DNA of 64,000 nt from NCBI GenBank assembly GCA_964276515.1, contig OZ193910.1:7502001-7566000 (forward strand), written 5' to 3'. A program made the position numbers and the translations under genes. The stretch comes from Gordius albopunctatus (Eukaryota). A model generated the notes under the pieces. The model ran no database searches, was not told the DNA's origin, and saw only the letters and a program-made list of their open reading frames with translations. Shown one piece after another: positions 1-11,870 of this stretch. How positions within the stretch are numbered: position 1 is the stretch's first letter; the number at the start of each line of letters is the position of its first letter.

Positions 1-566
1 GAGCTATATGGTTGAACAAAAAAATTGAAAAAATTTTGAGGTCGAAAAAAATATTATTTTTCATATTCTTTAGAAAGGGAGATGAAAAAATCTTTAAAAG
101 ATTTTAAATATTCTTAGCATTTTGTCCTTGTTAGAATCTTGATAGGAACTTTTGCGTGGGGGGATGTTTTAGATTGAGAGAAATTAGAATTTTCGTGTTG
201 CGTTTAGATTGTTTCAATATCGCTTTATAAGCGTGTCTCTAGTTTTAGTGAAACAAGCTCCATGCGATCGTGATTTAGAGTTAATAATTTTTGATGACTG
301 ATCAAAAAAATGTTTTTCAAGGAATTAACATTTTTTACCGAAAACTTTCATGAGAGCTATATGGTTGAACAAAAAAATTGAAAAAATTTTGAGGACGAAA
401 AAAATATTATTTTTCATATTCTTTAGAAAGGGAGATGAAAAAATCTTTAAAAGATTTTAAATATTCTTAGCATTTTGTCCTTGTTAGAATCTTGATAGGA
501 ACTTTTGCGTGGGGGGATGTTTTAGATTGAGAGAAATTAGAATTTTCGTGTTGCGTTTAGATTGTT

Positions 567-3500
567 TCAATATCGCTTTATAAGCGTGTCTTTAGTTTTA
601 GTGAAACAAGCTCTATGCGATCGTGATTTAGAGTTAATAATTTTTGATGACTGATCAAAAAAATGTTTTTCAAGGAATTCACCTCTTATACCGAAAACTT
701 TCATGAGAGCTATATGGTTGAAAAAAAAAATTGAAAAAATTTTGAGGTCGAAAAAAATATTATTTTTCATATTCTTTCGAAAGGGAGATGAAAAAATCTT
801 TAAACTTAGTAAATATTCTTAGCATTTTGTCCTTGTTAGAATCTTGATAGGAATTTATGCGTGGGAGGATGTTTTAGATTGAGAGAAATTAAAATTTTCG
901 TGTTGCGTTTAGATTGTTTCAATATCGCTTTATAAGCGTGTCTCTAGTTTTAGTGAAACAAGCTCCATGCGATCGTGATTTAGAGTTAATAATTTTTGAT
1001 GACTGATCAAAAAAAATGTTTTTCAAGGAATTAACATTTTTTACCGAAAACTTTCATGAGAGCTATATGGTTGAAGAAAAAATTGAAAAATCTTAGAGGT
1101 CGAAAAAAATATTATTTTTCATATTCTTTCGAAAGGGAGATGAAAAAATCTTTAAAAGTTAGTAAATATTCATAGCATTTTGTCCTTGTTAGAATCTTGA
1201 TAGGAACTTTTGCGTGGGAGGATGTTTTAGATTGAGAGAAATTAGAATTTTCGTGTTGCGTTTAGATTGTTTCAATATCGCTTTATAAGCGTGTTTCTAG
1301 TTTTAGTGAAACAAGCTCTATGCGATCGAAATTTAGAGTTAATAATTTTTGATGACTGATCAAAAAAATGTTTTTCAAGGAATTAACATTTTTTACCGAA
1401 AACTTTCATGAGAGCTATATGGTTGAACAAAAAAATTGAAAAAATTTTGAGGTCGAAAAAAATATTATTTTTCATATTCTTTAGAAAGGGAGATGAAAAA
1501 ATCTTTAAAAGATTTTAAATATTCTTAGCATTTTGTCCTTGTTAGAATCTTGATAGGAACTTTTGCGTGGGAGGATGTTTTAGATTGAGAGAAATTAGAA
1601 TTTTCGTGTTGCGTTTAGATTGTTTCAATATCGCTTTATAAGCGTGTTTCTAGTTTTAGTGAAACAAGCTCCATGCGATCGTGATTTAGAGTTAATAATT
1701 TTTGATGACTGATCAAAAAAATGTTTTTCAAGGAATTAACATTTTTTACCGAAAACTTTCATGAGAGCTATATGGTTGAAGAAAAAATTGAAAAAATTTA
1801 GAGGTCGAAAAAAATATTATTTTTCATATTCTTTCGAAAGGGAGATGAAAAAATGTTTAAAAGTTAGTAAATACTCTTAGAATTTTGTCCTTGTTAGAAT
1901 CTTGATAGGAATTTTTGCGTGGGAGGATGTTTTAGATTGAGAGAAATTAGAATTTTCGTGTTGCGTTTAGATTGTTTCAATATCGCTTTATAAGCGTGTT
2001 TCTAGTTTTAGTGAAACAAGCTCTATGCGATCGAAATTTAGAGTTAATAATTTTTGATGACTGATCAAAAAAATGTTTTTCAAGGAATTAACAATTTTTA
2101 CCGAAAACTTTCATGAGAGCTATATGGTTGAACAAAAAAATTGAAAAAATTTTGAGGTCGAAAAAAATATTATTTTTCATATTCTTTAGAAAGGGAGATG
2201 AAAAAATCTTTAAAAGATTTTAAATATTCTTAGCATTTTGTCCTTGTTAGAATCTTGATAGGAACTTTTGCGTGGGGGGATGTTTTAGATTGAGAGAAAT
2301 TAGAATTTTCGTGTTGCGTTTAGATTGTTTCAATATCGCTTTATAAGCGTGTCTCTAGTTTTAGTGAAACAAGCTCCATGCGATCGTGATTTAGAGTTAA
2401 TAATTTTTGATGACTGATCAAAAAAATGTTTTTCAAGGAATTAACATTTTTTACCGAAAACTTTCATGAGAGCTATATGGTTGAACAAAAAAATTGAAAA
2501 AATTTTGAGGTCGAAAAAAATATTATTTTTCATATTCTTTAGAAAGGGAGATGAAAAAATCTTTAAAAGATTTTAAATATTCTTAGCATTTTGTCCTTGT
2601 TAGAATCTTGATAGGAACTTTTGCGTGGGGGGATGTTTTAGATTGAGAGAAATTAGAATTTTCGTGTTGCGTTTAGATTGTTTCAATATCGCTTTATAAG
2701 CGTGTCTCTAGTTTTAGTGAAACAAGCTCCATGCGATCGTGATTTAGAGTTAATAATTTTTGATGACTGATCAAAAAAATGTTTTTCAAGGAATTAACAT
2801 TTTTTACCGAAAACTTTCATGAGAGCTATATGGTTGAACAAAAAAATTGAAAAAATTTTGAGGTCGAAAAAAATATTATTTTTCATATTCTTTAGAAAGG
2901 GAGATGAAAAAATCTTTAAAAGATTTTAAATATTCTTAGCATTTTGTCCTTGTTAGAATCTTGATAGGAACTTTTGCGTGGGGGGATGTTTTAGATTGAG
3001 AGAAATTAGAATTTTCGTGTTGCGTTTAGATTGTTTCAATATCGCTTTATAAGCGTGTCTTTAGTTTTAGTGAAACAAGCTCTATGCGATCGTGATTTAG
3101 AGTTAATAATTTTTGATGACTGATCAAAAAAATGTTTTTCAAGGAATTCACCTCTTATACCGAAAACTTTCATGAGAGCTATATGGTTGAAAAAAAAAAT
3201 TGAAAAAATTTTGAGGTCGAAAAAAATATTATTTTTCATATTCTTTCGAAAGGGAGATGAAAAAATCTTTAAACTTAGTAAATATTCTTAGCATTTTGTC
3301 CTTGTTAGAATCTTGATAGGAATTTATGCGTGGGAGGATGTTTTAGATTGAGAGAAATTAAAATTTTCGTGTTGCGTTTAGATTGTTTCAATATCGCTTT
3401 ATAAGCGTGTCTCTAGTTTTAGTGGAACAAGCTCCATGCGATCGTGATTTAGAGTTAATAATTTTTGATGACTGATCAAAAAAAATGTTTTTCAAGGAAT

Positions 3501-6500
3501 TAACATTTTTTACCGAAAACTTTCATGAGAGCTATATGGTTGAACAAAAAAATTGAAAAAATTTTGAGGTCGAAAAAAATATTATTTTTCATATTCTTTA
3601 GAAAGGGAGATGAAAAAATCTTTAAAAGATTTTAAATATTCTTAGCATTTTGTGCTTGTTAGAATCTTGATAGGAACTTTTGCGTGGGGGGATGTTTTAG
3701 ATTGAGAGAAATTAGAATTTTCGTGTTGCGTTTAGATTGTTTCAATATCGCTTTATAAGCGTGTCTCTAGTTTTAGTGAAACAAGCTCCATGCGATCGTG
3801 ATTTAGAGTTAATAATTTTTGATGACTGATCAAAAAAATGTTTTTCAAGGAATTAACATTTTTTACCGAAAACTTTCATGAGAGCTATATGGTTGAACAA
3901 AAAAATTGAAAAAATTTTGAGGTCGAAAAAAATATTATTTTTCATATTCTTTCGAAAGGGAGATGAAAAAATGTTTAAAAGTTAGTAAATACTCTTAGAA
4001 TTTTGTCCTTGTTAGAATCTTGATAGGAATTTTTGCGTGGGGGGATGTTTTAGATTGAGAGAAATTAAAATTTTCGTGTTGCGTTTAGATTGTTTCAATA
4101 TGGGTTTATAAGCGTGTCTCTAGTTTTAGTGAAACAAGCTCCATGCGATCGTGATTTAGAGTTAATAATTTTTGATGACTGATCAAAAAAATGTTTTTCA
4201 AGGAATTAACATTTTTTACCGAAAACTTTCATGAGAGCTATATGGTTGAACAAAAAAATTGAAAAAATTTTGAGGTCGAAAAAAATATTATTTTTCATAT
4301 TCTTTCGAAAGGGAGATGAAAAAATGTTTAAAAGTTAGTAAATACTCTTAGAATTTTGTCCTTGTTAGAATCTTGATAGGAATTTTTGCGTGGGGGGATG
4401 TTTTAGATTGAGAGAAATTAAAATTTTCGTGTTGCGTTTAGATTGTTTCAATATGGCTTTATAAGCGTGTCTCTAGTTTTAGTGAAACAAGCTCCATGCG
4501 ATCGTGATTTAGAGTTAATAATTTTTGATGACTGATCAAAAAAATGTTTTTCAAGGAATTAACATTTTTTACCGAAAACTTTCATGAGAGCTATATGGTT
4601 GAACAAAAAAATTGAAAAAATTTTGAGGTCGAAAAAAATATTATTTTTCATATTCTTTCGAAAGGGAGATGAAAAAATGTTTAAAAGTTAGTAAATACTC
4701 TTAGAATTTTGTCCTTGTTAGAATCTTGATAGGAATTTTTGCGTGGGGGGATGTTTTAGATTGAGAGAAATTAAAATTTTCGTGTTGCGTTTAGATTGTT
4801 TCAATATGGCTTTATAAGCGTGTCTCTAGTTTTAGTGAAACAAGCTCTATGCGATCGAAATTTAGAGTTAATAATTTTTGATGACTGATCAAAAAAATGT
4901 TTTTCAAGGAATTAACATTTTTTACCGAAAACTTTCATGAGAGCTATATGGTTGAACAAAAAAATTGAAAAAATTTTGAGGTCGAAAAAAATATTATTTT
5001 TCATATTCTTTCGAAAGGGAGATGAAAAAATGTTTAAAAGTTAGTAAATACTCTTAGAATTTTGTCCTTGTTAGAATCTTGATAGGAATTTTTGCGTGGG
5101 GGGATGTTTTAGATTGAGAGAAATTAAAATTTTCGTGTTGCGTTTAGATTGTTTCAATATGGCTTTATAAGCGTGTCTCTAGTTTTAGTGAAACAAGCTC
5201 CATGCGATCGTGATTTAGAGTTGATAATTTTTGATGACTGATCAAAAAAATGTTTTTAAAGGAATTCACCTCTTATACCAAAAACTTTCATGAGAGCTAT
5301 ATGGTTGAACAAAAAAATTGAAAAAATTTTGAGGTCGAAAAAAATTTTATTTTTCATATTCTTTCGAAAGGGAGATGAAAAAATGTTTAAAAGTTAGTAA
5401 ATACTCTTAGAATTTTGTCCTTGTTAGAATCTTGATAGGAATTTTTGCTTGGGAGGATGTTTTAGATTGAGAGAAATTAGAATTTTCGTGTTGCGTTTAG
5501 ATTGTTTCAATATCGCTTTATAAGCGTGTTTCTAGTTTTAGTGAAACAAGCTCTATGCGATCGAAATTTAGAGTTAATAATTTTTGATGACTGATCAAAA
5601 AAAATGTTTTTCAAGGAATTAACATTTTTTACCGAAAACTTTCATGAGAGCTATATGGTTGAACAAAAAAATTGAAAAAATTTTGAGGTCGAAAAAAATT
5701 TTATTTTTCATATTCTTTCGAAAGGGAGATGAAAAAATCTTTAAAAGTTAGTAAATATTCTTAGCATTTTGTCCTTGTTAGAATCTTGATAGGAATTTTT
5801 GCGTGGGGGGATGTTTTAGATTTAGAGAAATTAAAATTTAGGTGTTGCGTTTATATTGTTTCAATATCGCTTTATAAGCGTGTCTTTAGTTTTAGTGAAA
5901 CAAGCTCTATGCGATCGTGATTTAGAGTTAATAATTTTTGATGACTGATCAAAAAAATGTTTTTCAAGGAATTCACCTCTTATACCGAAAACTTTCATGA
6001 GAGCTATATGGTTGAAAAAAAAAATTGAAAAAATTTTGAGGTCGAAAAAAATATTATTTTTCATATTCTTTCGAAAGGGAGATGAAAAAATCTTTAAACT
6101 TAGTAAATATTCTTAGCATTTTGTCCTTGTTAGAATCTTGATAGGAATTTATGCGTGGGAGGATGTTTTAGATTGAGAGAAATTAAAATTTTCGTGTTGC
6201 GTTTAGATTGTTTCAATATCGCTTTATAAACGTGTCTCTAGTTTTAGTGAAACAAGCTCCATGCGATCGTGATTTAGAGTTAATAATTTTTGATGACTGA
6301 TCAAAAAAAATTTTTTTCAAGGAATTAACATTTTTTACCGAAAACTTTCATGAGAGCTATATGGTTGAAGAAAAAATTGAAAAATCTTAGAGGTCGAAAA
6401 AAATATTATTTTTCATATTCTTTCGAAAGGGAGATGAAAAAATCTTTAAAAGTTAGTAAATATTCATAGCATTTTGTCCTTGTTAGAATCTTGATAGGAA

Positions 6501-8888
6501 CTTTTGCGTGGGAGGATGTTTTAGATTGAGAGAAATTAGAATTTTCGTGTTGCGTTTAGATTGTTTCAATATCGCTTTATAAGCGTGTTTCTAGTTTTAG
6601 TGAAACAAGCTCTATGCGATCGAAATTTAGAGTTAATAATTTTTGATGACTGATCAAAAAAAATGTTTTTCAAGGAATTAACATTTTTTACCGAAAACTT
6701 TCATGAGAGCTATATGGTTGAACAAAAAAATTGAAAAAATTTTGAGGTCGAAAAAAATATTATTTTTCATATTCTTTAGAAAGGGAGATGAAAAAATCTT
6801 TAAAAGATTTTAAATATTCTTAGCATTTTGTCCTTGTTAGAATCTTGATAGGAACTTTTGCGTGGGGGGATGTTTTAGATTGAGAGAAATTAGAATTTTC
6901 GTGTTGCGTTTAGATTGTTTCAATATCGCTTTATAAGCGTGTCTCTAGTTTTAGTGAAACAAGCTCCATGCGATCGTGATTTAGAGTTAATAATTTTTGA
7001 TGACTGATCAAAAAAATGTTTTTCAAGGAATTAACATTTTTTACCGAAAACTTTCATGAGAGCTATATGGTTGAACAAAAAAATTGAAAAAATTTTGAGG
7101 TCGAAAAAAATATTATTTTTCATATTCTTTAGAAAGGGAGATGAAAAAATCTTTAAAAGATTTTAAATATTCTTAGCATTTTGTGCTTGTTAGAATCTTG
7201 ATAGGAACTTTTGCGTGGGGGGATGTTTTAGATTGAGAGAAATTAGAATTTTCGTGTTGCGTTTAGATTGTTTCAATATCGCTTTATAAGCGTGTCTCTA
7301 GTTTTAGTGAAACAAGCTCCATGCGATCGTGATTTAGAGTTAATAATTTTTGATGACTGATCAAAAAAATGTTTTTCAAGGAATTAACATTTTTTACCGA
7401 AAACTTTCATGAGAGCTATATGGTTGAACAAAAAAATTGAAAAAATTTTGAGGTCGAAAAAAATATTATTTTTCATATTCTTTCGAAAGGGAGATGAAAA
7501 AATGTTTAAAAGTTAGTAAATACTCTTAGAATTTTGTCCTTGTTAGAATCTTGATAGGAATTTTTGCGTGGGAGGATGTTTTAGATTGAGAGAAATTAGA
7601 ATTTTCGTGTTGCATTAAGATTGTTTCAATATCGCTTTATAAGCGTGTTTCTAGTTTTAGTGAAACAAGCTCTATGCGATCGAAATTTAGAGTTAATAAT
7701 TTTTGATGACTGATCAAAAAAATGTTTTTCAAGGAATTAACATTTTTTACCGAAAACTTTCATGAGAGCTATATGGTTGAACAAAAAAATTGAAAAAATT
7801 TTGAGGTCGAAAAAAATATTAATTTTCATATTCTTTCGAAAGGGAGATGAAAAAATGTTTAAAAGTTAGTAAATACTCTTAGAATTTTGTCCTTGTTAGA
7901 ATCTTGATAGGAATTTTTGCGTGGGGGGATGTTTTAGATTGAGAGAAATTAAAATTTTCGTGTTGCGTTTAGATTGTTTCAATATGGCTTTATAAGCGTG
8001 TCTCTAGTTTTAGTGAAACAAGCTCCATGCGATCGTGATTTAGAGTTAATAATTTTTGATGACTGATCAAAAAAATGTTTTTCAAGGAATTAACATTTTT
8101 TACCGAAAACTTTCATGAGAGCTATATGGTTGAACAAAAAAATTGAAAAAATTTTGAGGTCGAAAAAAATATTATTTTTCATATTCTTTCGAAAGGGAGA
8201 TGAAAAAATGTTTAAAAGTTAGTAAATACTCTTAGAATTTTGTCCTTGTTAGAATCTTGATAGGAATTTTTGCGTGGGGGGATGTTTTAGATTGAGAGAA
8301 ATTAAAATTTTCGTGTTGCGTTTAGATTGTTTCAATATGGCTTTATAAGCGTGTCTCTAGTTTTAGTGAAACAAGCTCCATGCGATCGTGATTTAGAGTT
8401 GATAATTTTTGATGACTGATCAAAAAAATGTTTTTAAAGGAATTCACCTCTTATACCAAAAACTTTCATGAGAGCTATATGGTTGAACAAAAAAATTGAA
8501 AAAATTTTGAGGTCAAAAAAAATTTTATTTTTCATATTCTTTCGAAAGGGAGATGAAAAAATCTTTAAAAGTTAGTAAATATTCTTAGCATTTTGTCCTT
8601 GTTAGAATCTTGATAGGAATTTTTGCGTGGGGGGATGTTTTAGATTTAGAGAAATTAAAATTTAGGTGTTGCGTTTATATTGTTTCAATATCGCTTTATA
8701 AGCGTGTCTTTAGTTTTAGTGAAACAAGCTCTATGCGATCGTGATTTAGAGTTAATAATTTTTGATGACTGATCAAAAAAATGTTTTTCAAGGAATTCAC
8801 CTCTTATACCGAAAACTTTCATGAGAGCTATATGGTTGAAAAAAAAAATTGAAAAAATTTTGAGGTCGAAAAAAATATTATTTTTCAT
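567..8888. repeat. Irregular 7-/8-monomer higher-order repeat (sub-domain A1)
   Basis: A marker monomer (gtgtctttagt plus ggttg-A10-ttg) occurs at 567, 3036, 5861 and 8685, with spacings of 2469, 2825 and 2824 bp. Confidence 0.75.
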
Positions 8889-9749
8889 ATTCTTTTGAAA
8901 GGGAGATGAAAAAATCTTTAAAAGATTTTAAATATTCTTAGCATTTTGTCCTTGTTAGAATCTTGATAGGAACTTTTGCGTGGGGGGATGTTTTAGATTG
9001 AGAGAAATTAGAATTTTCGTGTTGCGTTTAGATTGTTTCAATATCGCTTTATAAGCGTGTCTCTAGTTTTAGTGAAACAAGCTCCATGCGATCGTGATTT
9101 AGAGTTAATAATTTTTGATGACTGATCAAAAAAAATGTTTTTCAAGGAATTAACATTTTTTACCGAAAACTTTCATGAGAGCCTTATGGTTGAAGAAAAA
9201 ATTGAAAAAATTTAGAGGTCGAAAAAAATATTATTTTTCGTATTCTTTCGAAAGGGAGATGAAAAAATCTTTAAAAGATTTTAAATATTCTTAGCATTTT
9301 GTCCTTGTTAGAATCTTGATAGGAACTTTTGCGTGGGGGGATGTTTTAGATTGAGAGAAATTAGAATTTTCGTGTTGCGTTTAGATTGTTTCAATATCGC
9401 TTTATAAGCGTGTTTCTAGTTTTAGTGAAACAGGCTCTATGCGATCGTGATTTAGAGTTAATAATTTTTGATGACTGATCAAAAAAATATTTTTCAAGGA
9501 ATTCACCTCTTATACCGAAAACTTTCATGAGAGCTATATGGTTGAACAAAAAAATTGAAAAAATTTTGAGGTCGAAAAAAATATTATTTTTCATATTCTT
9601 TCGAAAGGGATGATGAAAAAATCTTTAAAAGTTAGTAAATATTCTTAGCATTTTATCCTTGTTAGAATCTTGATAGGAATTTTTGCGTGGGGGGGATGTT
9701 TAGATTGAGAGAAATTAAAATTTTCGTGTTGCGTTTAGATTGTTTCAAT

Positions 9750-11870
9750 ATCGCTTTATAAGCGTGTTTCTAGTTTTAGTGAAACAGGCTCTATGCGATC
9801 GTGATTCAGAGTTAATAATTTTTGATGACTGATCAAAAAAATGTTTTTAAAGGAATTCACCTCTTATACCGAAAACTTTCATGAGAGCTATATGGTTGAA
9901 CAAAAAAATTGAAAAAATTTTGAGGTCGAAAAAAATATTATTTTTCATATTCTTTCGAAAGGGATGATGAAAAAACCTTTAAAAGATAGTAAATACTCAT
10001 AGAATTTTGTCCTTGTTAGAATCTTGATAGGAACTTTTGCGTGGGGTGATGTTTTAGATTGAGAGAAATTAAAATTTTCGTGTTGCGTTTAGATTGTTTC
10101 AATATCGCTTTATAAGCGTGTCTCTAGTTTTAGTGAAACAAGCTCCATGCGATCGTGATTTAGAGTTAATAATTTTTGATGACTGATCAAAAAAAATGTT
10201 TTTCAAGGAATTAACATTTTTTACCGAAAACTTTCATGAGAGCTATATGGTTGAACAAAAAAATTGAAAAAATTTTGAGGTCGAAAAAAATATTATTTTT
10301 CATATTCTTTAGAAAGGGAGATGAAAAAATCATTAAAAGATTTTAAATATTCTTAGCATTTTGTTCTTGTTAGAATCTTGATAGGAACTTTTGCGTGGGG
10401 GGATGTTTTAGATTGAGAGAAATTAGAATTTTCGTGTTGCGTTTAGATTGTTTCAATATCGCTTTATAAGCGTGTCTCTAGTTTTAGTGAAACAGGCTCT
10501 ATGCGATCGTGATTCAGAGTTAATAATTTTTGATGACTGATCAAAAAAATGTTTTTAAAGGAATTCACCTCTTATACCGAAAACTTTCATGAGAGCTATA
10601 TGGTTGAACAAAAAAATTGAAAAAATTTTGAGGTCGAAAAAAATATTATTTTTCATATTCTTTCGAAAGGGATGATGAAAAAATCTTTAAAAGATAGTAA
10701 ATACTCATAGAATTTTGTCCTTGTTAGAATCTTGATAGGAACTTTTGCGTGGGGTGATGTTTTAGATTGAGAGAAATTAAAATTTTCGTGTTGCGTTTAG
10801 ATTGTTTCAATATCGCTTTATAAGCGTGTCTCTAGTTTTAGTGAAACAAGCTCCATGCGATCGTGATTTAGAGTTAATAATTTTTGATGACTGATCAAAA
10901 AAAATGTTTTTCAAGGAATTAACATTTTTTACCGAAAACTTTCATGAGAGCTATATGGTTGAACAAAAAAATTGAAAAAATTTTGAGGTCGAAAAAAATA
11001 TTATTTTTCATATTCTTTAGAAAGGGAGATGAAAAAATCTTTAAAAGATTTTAATTATTCTTAGCATTTTGTCCTTGTTAGAATCTTGATAGGAACTTTT
11101 GCGTGGGGGTATGTTTTAGATTGAGAGAAATTAGAATTTTCGTGTTGCGTTTAGATTGTTTCAATATCGCTTTATAAGCGTGTCTCTAGTTTTAGTGAAA
11201 CAGGCTCTATGCGATCGTGATTCAGAGTTAATAATTTTTGATGACTGATCAAAAAAATGTTTTTAAAGGAATTCACCTCTTATACCGAAAACTTTCATGA
11301 GAGCTATATGGTTGAACAAAAAAATTGAAAAAATTTTGAGGTCGAAAAAAATATTATTTTTCATATTCTTTCGAAAGGGATGATGAAAAAACCTTTAAAA
11401 GATAGTAAATACTCATAGAATTTTGTCCTTGTTAGAATCTTGATAGGAACTTTTGCGTGGGGTGATGTTTTAGATTGAGAGAAATTAAAATTTTCGTGTT
11501 GCGTTTAGATTGTTTCAATATCGCTTTATAAGCGTGTCTCTAGTTTTAGTGAAACAAGCTCCATGCGATCGTGATTTAGAGTTAATAATTTTTGATGACT
11601 GATCAAAAAAAATGTTTTTCAAGGAATTAACATTTTTTACCGAAAACTTTCATGAGAGCTATATGGTTGAACAAAAAAATTGAAAAAATTTTGAGGTCGA
11701 AAAAAATATTATTTTTCATATTCTTTAGAAAGGGAGATGAAAAAATCATTAAAAGATTTTAAATATTCTTAGCATTTTGTCCTTGTTAGAATCTTGATAG
11801 GAACTTTTGCGTGGGGGGATGTTTTAGATTGAGAGAAATTAGAATTTTCGTGTTGCGTTTAGATTGATTC
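9750..11870. repeat. Dimeric higher-order repeat, 708 bp x ~3
   Basis: gtgattcagag at 9801, 10509 and 11217, each followed by gggatgatg...aaagatagtaaatactcatag and alternating with a ctttagaaag monomer. Confidence 0.8.

Noticed and set aside
275..300. Identity with the Drosophila 1.688 (353/356/359-bp) satellite, suggested by length and ttttgatgac
   Set aside because: I recognise only a short AT-rich match from memory, and the rest does not resemble that family. BLASTN would settle it.
1..353. 5S rRNA, tRNA or snRNA tandem gene unit
   Set aside because: No recognisable 5S, tRNA or snRNA sequence or Pol III internal boxes, and the unit tolerates deletions at several positions.
348..370. Resemblance of atgagagctatatg to a motif I recall from dipteran DINE-1/Helentron repeats
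   Set aside because: This is a short match from memory, with no termini, hairpin or flanks to support a transposon origin. A Dfam/Repbase search is needed.
773..790. CENP-B-box-like motif (tttcgaaaggga)
   Set aside because: It lacks the canonical TTCG-N4-A-N2-CGGG spacing and the second CpG.
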